Shown: piece after piece, positions 40,610-53,465 of the stretch
Numbering within the stretch: the stretch's first letter is position 1
How the letters are laid out: each line of letters opens with the position of its first letter
Assembly: GCF_006345805.1 (NCBI RefSeq)
Contig: NC_043009.1
Span: forward strand, 13,888,001 to 13,952,000
Direction: 5' to 3'
Source: Octopus sinensis
Lineage: Eukaryota
Length of the DNA stretch: 64,000 nucleotides
The notes under the pieces: model-generated
Told to the model about the DNA's origin: nothing
The model's database searches: none
Seen by the model: only the letters and a program-made list of their open reading frames with translations
Position numbers and translations under genes: made by a program

Positions 40610-40796
40610 TTTAAACCAAACATGAAAGCACAAAAAAAAAACACAACAAAGCGAAGACGTGGAACAAATATAGTATTATTGGACGCTCAGGAAAGAAGAA
40701 AAGAAGGAGCGTTTAACGTTTCGAGCGGAGCTCTTCGTCGTAAACATAGGAGAAGGAAAGATCCAGAGAAGGGAAGACAGGAAAAAAATCGCCATT
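40610..40796 (-). mobile_element. Family F module with degenerate HHR at 40711-40745
   Basis: GUUU ACGACGA A GAGC UCC GCUC GAAAC GUU AAAC. Abuts (TA)n at 40565-40607. Confidence 0.7.
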
Positions 40797-40819
40797 ATGA
40801 TGATGATGATGATGGTGTT

Positions 40820-43350
40820 TTTAGCATAGATGGTTGCAATATGTTGCGCAAAGACGTCGTGGAGGTGGCGTGTGATGAACTACATTCGGTCAAGCTTTGC
40901 AGCTATTTTTTGTGGTGATCTGAACAAATCACATCACGAGGTACTCTTTTGCGAATTACGCATAAACACGTCAACACTGATACTTGGAGTTGTCTATCGC
41001 CCACCAAATTACCATCAAGACACACAGCTTTTTGAAATCTTCAGGCCTGCATCTAAGAAAACTGCCTCTTATTTTTCAATTGCTGAAATTGAATGGGAAA
41101 CTTTTCGTTGGTCGCAAAGCGCAAGCGACTTCCTTGATGTAGTGGTAGATGCAAACTGGTCCCAAGTAGTCACCTCCTTCACAAGAGGGAATAACACTTT
41201 GGACTTGCTCTTTACCGCCACTCCTGAAACTGTTATCAGTGTTACGACGAAGGAACCTCCAGGTGACTCCGATCATGCTACGATCATTGCCAATCTGTCT
41301 TTTTTAGGCAGAAACAACAAGCACCACCACCTTCAAACCACTCGCTTTGACTGGAACAAAGCAGACTGGATGTGTTACCATAAGGTGTTACGACTCCCAA
41401 ACTGGTTTGAATTTTACAATTCATAGGACGTCAATGTTGTTTTGCAAAATATCCTCAATACAATCTGTGCTGCATGTGAAGCTTCAGTGCAGCGAAAATG
41501 CTCTAGAAATAAAAACAGTACGATTTGGGACACTGCAGCCCTTCGACTTGCCAGGAAAGATTGTTCTATGCTGAATAGAAATACAGACAGAACAGAACAC
41601 ATGAGAACAGAAGAAGATGCAACAGACCATCCAACCATCTCAAGCAAATGACGAAAAAGGCAGTGCTTGAGTTTGAATGACGTATTGCAACTAGTCCTGA
41701 CAGCAAAGTGATCTGGAAATACGTGCGTTCGAAACAGACCTTACAACCCAGTTGGCCCTCTTCACAATCCCCACACAGGTTCGATCACTGATGACCCCTA
41801 GAAATGTGTGGAGCTTATTGCTGAATACTATGCAGGAATTTTTACTGTTGAAAATCCAAATGTACCTTCTTCAACAACTCTGACATCAAATTCCGTAACA
41901 TCTGTGAAATTCACATCCGCTATGCTGCCACACCACCTCAAGAATAAGCGCAACTAAGCCTCTTCTGGTCTTGATGGTGATACATATTTGCTACTCAAAC
42001 GTGGTGGGGTATTTCTATTGCACCATCTTGCTTCCTTTTTTCAATTTTACCTCAACAACTGTGTCACTCCAGAGCACTGGAAAATTGATAATGTCGTTCC
42101 TCTGTTCAATAAAGGTGATCGCACATCAACTGTCAACTACTGTCCAGTCAGCCTTACTAGCTGCATTGCCAAACTGATGGAGTTCTGTATCAGAGAAACA
42201 CTCTGGAAATTTTGGAGTTCTCACAGCCTTATTCGACCCTGACAATTTGGTTTTATCCCTAACTCCAGCTGCTGTAGTCAACTCATCAAGTTTCTTGAGC
42301 ACATCACCCACGTTACTGATGGCGGCTCATGGGTGGATGCTGTATACCTTCATTTTACTAAAGCCTTCAATTCTGTGCCACACAAATGACTCATGGTAAG
42401 ACTCTCTGCAATGAATGTGGAGGATAATTTCTATAACTGGCTAAATTCTTTCATTCTCAGTAGTTACCGTTCTAGGACATCATTCTTCACCCTACAAGAT
42501 GACTTCTGGTGTACCACGTGGATCCTTTCTTGAACCCCTACTGTTTGTTGCATATATTAATGGTATAGATGCTAACATGAGGAATGTTACAGTGCTGAAA
42601 TATGCAGATGAAATCAAGCTGTACCTCGAAATGAAAAGAGCAGATACTATGCGCCATAGATCTTTCCTGCAATCAGACCTGGATACAATGCAGCAATGAT
42701 CACTGACTGGCAACTCAAGCTAGCTGTGTACAAGTGCATCACCATGCATTCTGAGATGGAAAATCCAGTCTTTACATACTCCCTCAGCAACAACAATCTC
42801 AGGAAGTCTTCTAGCGGACGTGATCTGGGCATTATTGTAAACAGCGATCCGCGTTGGACAAACCACATCTCTTAAGATTGTCAAGAAAGCTGAGGAGGTG
42901 CTAGCATCACTCAGTATGGCCTTTGTTAGCCACTCTCCAGCTATCTATTTAAAACGTATACAACAATGGTACGTCCACACTTGGAATTTGCACCACTAGG
43001 CTAGAACCCCTATCTTTCTCAGCATATAAATCTCCTGGAAACTGCTCAGAAACGTGCAACTTTACGAATACCTGCCGTCAGACATCTGCCATACTCTGAA
43101 CGTCTTGCTTCCTGGTATGGTTACAGTAAAGCTCAGACGTCTGACAACTAACTTGGTAGAAACCCACAAGATTATCACCATCTTTCCAACAACCTTGGGC
43201 ACCATTTTGAATTCCATATGACAAGCACTCACGGACATGCTTATAAAATCAACAAACATCACAGCACACATGACTTTCGGAAGCATTTTTTCACTTTCAG
43301 AGTTGCTGAAGCATGGAATAAACTACCCACTTCAGTTGTTAGCTGCAGAG
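40820..43350 (+). mobile_element. Decayed CR1-clade LINE ORF2 (APE endonuclease and RT)
   Basis: LILGVVYRPPN, SQVVTSFTRGNNTLDLLF, DSDHATI, VVPLFNKGDR...NYCPVSLTSCIAKLME, QFGF, VDAVYLHFTKAFNSVPH, GVPRGSFLEPLLF, YADEIKLY. Many stops and frameshifts. Confidence 0.92.
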
Positions 43351-43423
43351 ACACTACATTCAGTTGGCCTTTTTTAAAATTTTAGTTGCAGTGCACCTGA
43401 GCACAACACTTTCCTTCGTTGTA

Positions 43424-43458
<35 letters not shown>

Positions 43459-43459
43459 T

Positions 43460-43750
43460 TTTAAATAATAAGGGTGAAAAATTGTATTTTAATTAGATTA
43501 ATATCAATTTAAAACCAGTGGTCCAGCATATTGAAAATCTGAAGATTCAGAAAAATATTACACACATATAAGAGGGATGATACTAAGTGACAACCATTAT
43601 GCTAGAAGTAGACTCCTATGGTCTTACCACTATGAAGGAATTGTTTCAAGAACAATCCCTTCTTAGAACAATCCTTTTTTAGTGGTAAGACCATAGGGGG
43701 TCTACTTCTAGCATAATGGTTATCCACTTAGTGGTCATCTCTCTATATAT
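43460..43750. mobile_element. Family H foldback module between (TA)n tracts
   Basis: Homologous to 58300-58600. Inverted arms about 43566-43632 and 43680-43750. Confidence 0.7.
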
Positions 43751-43752
43751 AG

Positions 43753-43786
<34 letters not shown>

Positions 43787-44120
43787 ATAGAGGGCATTAT
43801 TACACATAAATGCCTCACACTAAGAGGGACAAAGTCATTACTACCAAATTATTACTAATCATACCTAAATGCGTTTTTCAAAGCAAGACATTTAAAAATG
43901 AATTAGTTCTGTATCACCGTGAATCACATTCAACTTACGTCTTATGATCCTCAGCAGAACTGATTCTGACCACATCATAAATAAACTACCAACCTTACGT
44001 AGCGAAGACGAACAGACATCTCTCACTCCGGCCAAGCACATGGAATGTTTATAAATCATATATTCGGTAAATGGCGGGCTTTACGAACTGCATGTCGGAT
44101 AATAAAAAGTATTTCGGAAT

Positions 44121-44284
44121 AAGTTTAACAATTGAGGATAACCTCTTACTAAGGAATCTTAACAAGAAATATCGGGTAGTTAGCGTGAAACCTCATAAAC
44201 CTTTTATGAGGTTTTCACGCTAACTACCCGATAATTTCTGTGTAAGATTCCTTAGTATAAAGGTTATCCTCAATTGTTAAACTT
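44121..44284. repeat. Imperfect 80-bp-arm palindrome with 3-nt loop
   Basis: AAGTTTAACAATTGAGGATAACC...CTCATAAA CCT TTTATGAG...GGTTATCCTCAATTGTTAAACTT, followed by (TA)n. Confidence 0.9.
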
Positions 44285-44286
44285 TT

Positions 44287-44321
<35 letters not shown>

Positions 44322-44711
44322 ACTGGCTTCAGTTTAAATTTAAAAATCTAGAAGTGTATAGCATGCGAGATACAAATTGAAATTTGACAATTAGCAAATT
44401 ATTTTAGAAAATTTTCGACTAATTTGGAAATGGTTGCATTGTGTCGGAATGCTGATATATGATAATGAAAATTTTTGAGATATGTGAAAAGAATTGCTTA
44501 ACAAGAATTCCACTGTTCTAAATCACATGGATGTAACTAAAATTGGATGGATTTTAAAATTTTAGTGTTCTAAACTATATTCGTTGTGTATTATTAGAAT
44601 CATGATCGACAAATTTACCCATGGTGAAAGAATAGAAACAGCAACAGCAGTAGCAGCAACAACAGCAAGAACAGCAACAACAACAACAACAATAACAACA
44701 GCAACAACAAA

Positions 44712-45005
44712 AACACCTAAAGCTCCACGAGGCTCCGGCAGGGGGTGGTGGCGACCCCTGTTGTACTCTTTCGCTACTAGTTTATCTCACTCTTTCTTCC
44801 TGTTTCTTGTCCCCGACTTCCTACGCAACCGCTGAGTCTGGATGCGCATTCGTCCATCCATCGATGCTCTCGGTGTCGGGGGTTGACCTGCTTTCTCTTC
44901 TGCGGGTCTTACGAATAGCAAAGGACCACGTTTCGGACTTTCTCCAAGAGGACGAAGACGCTTCGCTCAACAGCAACAGCAACAACAACAACAACAACAA
45001 CAACA
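44712..45005 (+). mobile_element. SINE A tail type 1, 5'-truncated
   Basis: Begins at AAACACCTAAAGCTCCACGAG. (CAA/CAG)n on both sides. Confidence 0.88.
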
Positions 45006-45848
45006 TTAACAAAGATGAAGAGCTTCTGTGTATTTGCTTTACATGCTAGAAATAGGATCGAATTCTCCCTCAAAATCACACCCTTTTGTCTGAAAAAGAA
45101 AAGGGTAACATTGAATTGCATCGATTCTAGTCCTAGACGTATTATTTCATTGGTCTAGTTCTTAAAGTGGTCAGGAAGCTTCAAATTCGCTGGTTGGTAA
45201 TGTATCGAAGAATGCTGAAATCGATCCCGGCTGGTTTTGAACGCAGAACAAAACTGAATACTATTGTGTGTGTGTGTGTGTCTATATACACCATAAATAC
45301 GTCAAAAACTACAATAGCAACAAAAAGGGATATGATCATTAACAAAAATGACAATAATGCGAACCATTGCGGGTGCTAATAAGCGGTCGTCAAACCTTCC
45401 AATAGTGGTGATATCATTCTTATATTAAATCGAATAATGTAGTCCAAAAGAATAAGAGGATCGTAAGTGGGACACTTTAGTTAGATGCCTACAGAATCAG
45501 AGATATGATGGGGGTTAACCAAAGTATCAGCAAAATCTCTCATAAGTCGAGAGGATCAATGAGGAACATCTACTTTAGATATAACAGCTAAATAACCCTC
45601 AAATCTAGCACTACTGTCTTAAAAGCAAAAATATTTTGAACTATGAGGTACATATGAGAAATTAACCGTAGCAATTGTAGCGTCTTTGAATAAAGTGCTT
45701 CCCAATATTATCCTTATCGAAGCCGCTGAGCTGGCGAAATCGTTAGCACTCCGAGTAAAATGCTAGCGGCATGTCATCGTTCTGAGTTCAAATATGTTTA
45801 CTATTAAGTATTTTTCTCAATAGTATCTATAAGCTGAACGATGTATAT

Positions 45849-46146
45849 CACGTGATCACGTGACCGACCAGACCATCAGATGTTGTTGCACATCGCTGGT
45901 CACAATGCGTTCGCATTGTTTTAGCCTTCTAATGACGCCACCCCGCTGGCTAAGCGAGCAGGCCAACAGAAGAAAGAGTGGGAGAAGGAGTGGTGAAAGA
46001 GTACAGCAGAGATCACCACCCTCTGCCGGAGCCTCGTGGAGCTTTAGGTGTTTTCGCTCAATAAACACTCACAATGCCCGGTCTGGGAATCGAAACCGCG
46101 ATCCTGCGACCGCGGGTCCGCTGCCCTAACCACATTGCGCCTCCAC
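45849..46146 (-). mobile_element. SINE A tail type 2
   Basis: A head plus GGCCTGCTCGCTTAGCCAGCGGGGTGGCGTC...GTCACGTGATCACGTG tail. TSD ACGATGTATAT at 45838-45848 and 46147-46157. Confidence 0.9.
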
Positions 46147-47468
46147 ACGATGTATATACGCGAACAATTATATATAACTGAGTAATTTTGCATTGTACTC
46201 CAAAGATTTTAAAATCTAAACACAGTTCACAAGTACCTGGTACTGTCGTTGAGAGCCTTTGGAGTCCACAGGCCCAAAGCGAAACTGCTGGACTGTGAAG
46301 TCTTCCAAACAGAATACGAAATGTTAACGGCCGAAACGCGGTTGGTCATAGACCTTCCGATCCGGTCAGATTTCGATGCGAAACAACTTTACTAACAAGC
46401 ATAAAAACGACAGCAATTAAAGGCACAGTCAGCAGAAGCAACCAAAGAACCGATAGCATAAAAGACAAAACAATACCGACGTTTAACAACTGTCTTTATC
46501 TACTGTAACATCAAATAATTACTCGTTAACAACAGCATGAATCAAATTAAGAACTATATGCTTAAAATCTTGTTAGCATTACCATTATCATCATCGTCGT
46601 CGTCGTCATCGCCGATGTCGACACCATCATCTCTGCCTTCGTCATTATTCGTCGTCATCCTCACTCTCATCAAACATTGAAAATAACTCCAGCAATATCA
46701 TCATCATCATCGTCATCATCATCATCATCGCTATTATCAACTAAACAACAACACCATCAAAAGTAGCAACAGCAAGCATCATCATCAACAACAACAACAA
46801 CAACAACAGCAATTAAAAATCATCTTTCATCGTCAAATTAACTGCAAGTACAAAAATAATTAAAATGACATCATGATCAAGATAAGACGACCGACATACA
46901 GACACTAGCAGTTAAAACATCTCTGCCATCGTCATCATCATCATCATCACCAACATCTTCATCATTATCATCCTCATCGTCGTCGTCGTCATCATCATCA
47001 TCGCCATCATCGTCATAATAATTATCAAAAAGACAAGCATGGCGATACAATATGTCCTAAAATCGTTCGTATAATGTCCGTCATCTTACTGTAAAGTATG
47101 TCTCCCTACCGTGACTATCACTATCAACAAAACACACCCACCTTCACACCACACATACACACACGCGTACACAAACACATACACACTCACACTTGCACAT
47201 ACACATCTTACACATGGCCCGATGCAGAGTGTTTTGTGTGGCTGCACTTAAGAATCAAGGACGCTTAATGAGTTTTGCTCGTTTTGCTAATGGGCCAAAT
47301 TGATTTAGGAGACAAAATATGGCAGAGTGCTTCATAAAAGTCCTTCGTATGTTTCCATAGATCACAGAGTCAAGTAGATTTCCTCGTTATTGGTTGCTTC
47401 GCTTTTCTGTAGATGTATGTGATCGTTTAGTGGCGGTTTCCGTCTGCTAGTGTGTGTGTGTGTGTGTG

Positions 47469-47505
<37 letters not shown>

Positions 47506-47577
47506 AGTGTGAGTGTGTGTGTGAGTGTGTGTGTGTGTGTGTGTGAGTGTGTGTGAGTGTGTGAGTGTATGTGTGTA

Positions 47578-47648
<71 letters not shown>

Positions 47649-47844
47649 GTGTGAGCTCGAATGATGGGCCTCTATACGTACGGCTGTAAATGTCTATGCC
47701 CGTTTTCTTGTTTGTATTCACATGTGTTTGCCTAAATAAAAGTTGGTGTACGAAGAACTTTCTGTATTACGTGTGCATACATGTTATATGTATACACGTA
47801 TCGATGCATCTATCTATTTATATATCATAATATAATAAATATAT

Positions 47845-47927
<83 letters not shown>

Positions 47928-48046
47928 CAATTTAGGAATGGCCTTAACAGGCCATTCGTCCACTAGACAGAGCAGCCATAACTCCCACCGCCAAGTAATG
48001 TAATTCGGAAATAGGTGAAAAATGAAAAACGTTTACCCTAATTCAT

Positions 48047-48155
48047 CTTTTAGACGATGCTCGTTTCTCTCTTCTTTCTGCTTTTTTAATGATAGACCAG
48101 CTTAATTAAATAAATTAAGCTAATCTACCATAGGTCACGCTTCGTCAGTAAAAAA
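48047..48155 (-). ncRNA. Hammerhead motif with expanded stem II
   Basis: UUUUUA CUGACGA A GC...[18-bp hairpin]...GC (AGAAAGAAGAGA) GAAAC GA GCA UC GUC UAAAAG: 6-bp stem I, 4-bp stem III, GUC triplet. Confidence 0.55.
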
Positions 48156-48264
48156 CCTTTGGTAGAGGCAAATATACACAAGGCTACTGCATCGAAGCCT
48201 CTGGAATATCTGTCTTAAAATTTTCGAAGACCAGCGCAATCGCGCCAACCTTATCAGCAGCAAA

Positions 48265-48581
48265 GTGAGGGCGCGTGGCTTAGTGGTTAGGGCATTCGGC
48301 TCATGATCGTAAGGTTGTGAGTTCGATTCCCGGCGACGCGTTGTGTCCTTGAGCAAGACACTTTATTCACGTTGCTCCAGTCCACTCAGCTGGCAAAATG
48401 AGTTGTACTTGTATTTCAAAGGGTCAGCCTTGTCACTCTCTGTGTCACGCTGATTATCCCGAGAACTACGTTAAGGGTACACGTGTCTGTGGAATGCTCA
48501 GCCATTTGCACGTTAATTCACGAGCAAGCTGTTCCGTTGATCGTATCAGCTGGGACCCTCGTCGTCGTAACCGGCGGAGTA
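48265..48581 (+). mobile_element. SINE D, full length
   Basis: Nearly identical to 37588-37913. TSD TTATCAGCAGCAAA at 48251-48264 and 48582-48595. Confidence 0.92.
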
Positions 48582-48853
48582 TTATCAGCAGCAAATATAA
48601 ACTGCCGATTCAATCTCAGAATAGTCAGAAAATAATCAATTATCAATTTAGGGTAGTAAAAAATTCGATAGAAATTTATCACTACCAGCGGCCAGTGGAA
48701 AAGAAAATAGTCATGAGACTAAATGTAAATATATAACAATTTAGGAATGGCCTTAACAGGCCATTCGTCACTAGACAGAGCAGCCATAACTCCCACCGCC
48801 AGTAATGTAATTCGGAAATAGGTGAAAAATTAAAAACGTTTACCCTAATTCAT

Positions 48854-48885
<32 letters not shown>

Positions 48886-49106
48886 TATATACATACATAT
48901 CAGGTGAGCTGACATGATAGTGTCCGCGCCTGACAAAATACTCAGTGGCATTTCTACTGGTTTGACTACTGAGTTCGAATTACGCGAAAGTCGATGTAGC
49001 CTTTCATTCATTCCGAATCGATGAAATAAGTACCTGCTAAGCAATGGGTGTGTGGGTCGATGAAATCGACTTACCCCGTCACTCTAAATTGCTGTCCTTG
49101 TGCCTA

Positions 49107-49138
<32 letters not shown>

Positions 49139-49555
49139 ATCTTCTTTGAGTTTTATTTGAGTTCTTCTTGAGAGATTTCAGACCGGTCACTATTAAAGCG
49201 ACAAGCCAATTTCGTGTTTTCGAGAGTTCTCTGTGTTTGTGAATGCGTGGTTGAGTTGGTGTGTTGGTTGAACTGTCGATGCATACACCCACGTGCGTGC
49301 ATCTATTCACATAAGAATCTCAGATGCATAATTTTTGAATGTCTTACTAATCTTCGTGACACCGAATATTTCTAGGTTTTTGTGAAAATGTGTTGGTACA
49401 TAACCAAATGCCCTTATGATGATACGTGCAAATGTGAACACATGGTCAAAGTAAAAGAAATAAATTCTACCTTAATTCACCTTAATTCACCACAAATGTT
49501 CTCTTTTTTTTGGGGACATTTGATTGTACATTCACATCCGCTGCCCAACAGAACA

Positions 49556-49586
<31 letters not shown>

Positions 49587-49896
49587 TGTATGTATGTATG
49601 GATGGATGGATGGATGGACGGACGGACGGACGGATTGAAGTGCAGTAAGCGCAGTAAAACCAGAATGTCCACGAGGTAAAGCATTCGCTTCGCAACAATA
49701 AGCTCACTGTTTCGATTCCACAGCGTGGCACATTGGGCAAGTGTCATTTTCGAATATGATCACAGAATGTGATCGAAAGTGGGTAAATGTTAACACTTTA
49801 GAAACTGAATGGATGAATTGAACTTATGATTCATAGATCCGGTCTTGCCACATATTTGGTCCATATGTGAGGTGAACTAACGCTTACGCACACTTT

Positions 49897-49983
<87 letters not shown>

Positions 49984-50545
49984 ATATAAAGTACTAGCTA
50001 CAGTATTAGATATTTGGAAAAATTAATAGAAATTGTTTTTTCTGATAATTTTTCCACTTTAATAATTAGATGTGCGGAAAAATTATCAGAAAAGCTATTT
50101 CTATTCATTTTTCCATATACATATGTGTGTGCGTGTGTATGTATGTGCGTGCTCTTATTTATATGTGTATGTACGTGCGTACACATGTATACATCCATGT
50201 GTGTATGTAGATTTGTTTATACAAAATACCTGTAGGTATGTTTGAAAAAATATGTGTATATAACTGCTCATATAACACAGGAGGCGGTAAGATTTGATCT
50301 CAAAACAGATTTGGACTGTCTCCTTGTGGAATATTGCTCTTCTATGCATCCTTGTTTTAGATGATGGGGACTGATTTCAGGTAGATATGAATGTTACTTT
50401 TAGTAGCTTGTATCACGGATTCAAAATAAGCTAAACCATCAACGCCAATTTGGATATTATCACCATCATCCACGTCGTTATCGTCATCGTCATCATCATT
50501 TTCACTGATAAGGACGATGAGGAAGAGGAGAGGAAGAGGGGGAAG

Positions 50546-50646
<101 letters not shown>

Positions 50647-51337
50647 CTGAGAAGGATAAGCAATGTATTCTGTGTAACCGGTATGAAGATATGAAATAAG
50701 ATTTTTATGACAATGATGTTTGCCCCAATATCTGACTTGGTCGCTCTGATCTATGATCAAAAGCGTTCCAGCCATGACCATTGCTTCTTTTGTATCTTTT
50801 GTCAGTTTATCTAAGATTACATTAATCCACTGTGTCCCTTCTTCTTAAGTTGATAGAGACTTGGCAGGCTTTTTAGCATGGCGGACGACCTAAGCAGCAG
50901 ATCTCTCATTGGATTGTGTTGGAAGCTGGAGGCGTCGGCGGCACCGGCGGTGGTGGCGATGATGATGATGATGATGAAGAGGAGAATGATGACGACGACG
51001 ACAATGACGATGACGGTGACAATGATGTTGATGATGGCAGAATAAACAATCAATTCGCATTACATATAATATATGTTGCTGACGAAATTCACAGGAAATC
51101 CCATTATTGAACCGTAATTGAATTTCCTTAACAAAATGACAACCTAAAATATGTATGGCAGTGTACGTACACTAACAGCACAGTTATACATACATTCATA
51201 TATATGTACTTTTACATACGCATTATCACACAGATGCATATCACTGATTCTAAGCATGCTCGTACATAGCTATATACATAAATGTGTGAATACATACACA
51301 TATATATATCAGTACTTTTATATCAATCTATCTATCA

Positions 51338-51411
<74 letters not shown>

Positions 51412-51418
51412 GGATAGG

Positions 51419-51493
<75 letters not shown>

Positions 51494-51544
51494 GGCGAGA
51501 GAAAGAAAGAAAGAAAGAAAGAAAGAAAGGGAGAGAGAGAGAGA

Positions 51545-51579
<35 letters not shown>

Positions 51580-52221
51580 CTTCTATGTACATACATATTC
51601 GTCAAGTGCTTCGACGATACACTTCGGTACGAATTCCAACGTAGAATGCTAAATGTTAGTTCTCTTCATAATTAGATATATGTGCTCTGTACTTTGTTAT
51701 GTATGATTTATGCACGGCTAGATTTGTTTTCACTTCACTCCATTTACATTTCATGTTTCTGTGTGTGTGTTTGTGTGTATGTACGCACACTCACATCAGA
51801 TCTTCAGCATTCCTAGTCGATTTCGTCCTAAAATGTGTCGTCGGTGTATTTGAAGGATAGTCATTCACGTAACTGCTATTCGTTGTTTTAACCTTTGAAT
51901 CTGGATCAGCTGTGTACTGCACTTTTCTGAATATGAGCTACAAAAGGTCTTGTTTGAAAGTTTCAACATTCCGAATCAGTTTACTATACCTCGTGTCTTC
52001 ATTTATATGAGCCCCTAAGTGTATAAACGAAATCTTAGTGATTTCCTCCTTGCACGTACTTTCATTTGCAAGCACATGAACAATATTCTATGTACACATC
52101 TAAAAAATTTAAACGCATGCTTTCACATACATGCGTACAGACTTATACAAGTGCACGATTTTATATGCTCACACGGTCACATACACACATGCACACACAC
52201 ACACATATATATATATATATT

Positions 52222-52562
52222 CCTTTATTCTGTTATTTGTTTCAGTCATTGGATTGCCATGTTGGAGCACCTTTTGTCGAACAAATCAACTTCAGGACTT
52301 ATTCTTTGTAAGCCCAGTACTTATTCTATCGGGTTTCTTTTGCTGAGACGCTAAGTTACGGGGACGCAAACACACCATCATTAGTTGTCGAGCAATGGTA
52401 GGAGGACAAACACAAACACAGTTTCGGTCTACTAAATCCACTCACAAGGCCTTGGTCGGCCCGAGGACATAGAAGGAGACACTTGCCCAAGGTGTCACGC
52501 AGTAGTACTGAACCTGGGACCATGTAGTTGGAAAGTAAGCTACTTACCACAGAGTCACTCTT
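52222..52562 (-). mobile_element. SINE C, diverged
   Basis: Reverse complement of C head and body. Confidence 0.82.
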
Positions 52563-52681
52563 GCGCTCTTACATGTGTGTGTGTGTGTGTGTATATGTAT
52601 ATATACACAACTTGCGAATATTTTTTGTAAGTATATATGTATGGGGGTATATTATTTATCTATTCATCTATTATCTTTCTA

Positions 52682-52725
<44 letters not shown>

Positions 52726-52750
52726 GTGTGTGTGGTGTGTGTTATGTATA

Positions 52751-52800
<50 letters not shown>

Positions 52801-52924
52801 GTATATATATTTATAGGTATATATATATTTTTTTTACGTATATATGTTTCTACATATGTTTATATGTGTGTGTGGTGAGTGAGTATATATATATATGTGT
52901 GTGTTGTGTGGGTGTGTGTGTTTT

Positions 52925-53238
52925 TAAGGATGAAAAGGAACACACGAGTTGATATATATGAAAAAACAAGTCAGGATAGAAAATGCTAAAATAATTTTAT
53001 AAAGAACATTTCAGTACCGGTTTCAGTCATTGAGACCTTTTCAACTGTAACAATAAATAATTAAATTTAGAAAAATTAAAAGAAAAGTTCTTTTAAAAGA
53101 ACTTTTCTTTTAATTTTTCTAAATTTAATTATTTAATTGTTACAGTTGAAAAGGTCTCAATGACTGAAACCGGTACTGAAATGTTCTTTATAAAATTATT
53201 TTAGCATTTTCTATCCTGACTTGTTTTTTCATATATAT
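52925..53238. mobile_element. Family G module with a spacer-less 287-bp palindrome
   Basis: Arms 52952-53094 and 53095-53238 differ by one inserted A. Each arm carries the G-family HHR motif (53012-53047 minus, 53143-53178 plus). Confidence 0.9.
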
Positions 53239-53424
53239 ACATATATATAAAGTAGTTGTATGCTGTCAACTAAATGTGACAGTCCCATGAAGGGAATCAC
53301 ACTACTGCTATTTAGCCCTAGGAAGAGCACCGCTTCCTGTCAGCCTTGACACATTTCCTGTGTCCTTATGTTTACAAGGTCGATATAGGGGGAGATAAGC
53401 ACCTCCACCCAGCTAAACCAGCAC

Positions 53425-53465
53425 CCAGAAACTAGTTTCTGAGTCATTGCTCGTCTTCAGTTTGG
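53425..53465 (-). ncRNA. Degenerate minimal hammerhead motif
   Basis: CCAAA CUGAAGA C GAG CAAUGA CUC A GAAAC UA GUU UCUGG, with palindromic ACUAGU stem III. Confidence 0.45.

Larger units (their letters stand above)
47921..48853 (-). mobile_element. Terminally redundant HHR-bearing element between (TA)n tracts (retrozyme-like), interrupted by SINE D
   Basis: About 125-bp direct repeat at 47921-48046 and 48730-48853. HHR motif directly adjacent to the left repeat. Confidence 0.55.

Noticed and set aside
46285-46350. GGCCGAAACGCGGTT motif
   Set aside because: Only the GAAAC half is present; no matching core or stems upstream.
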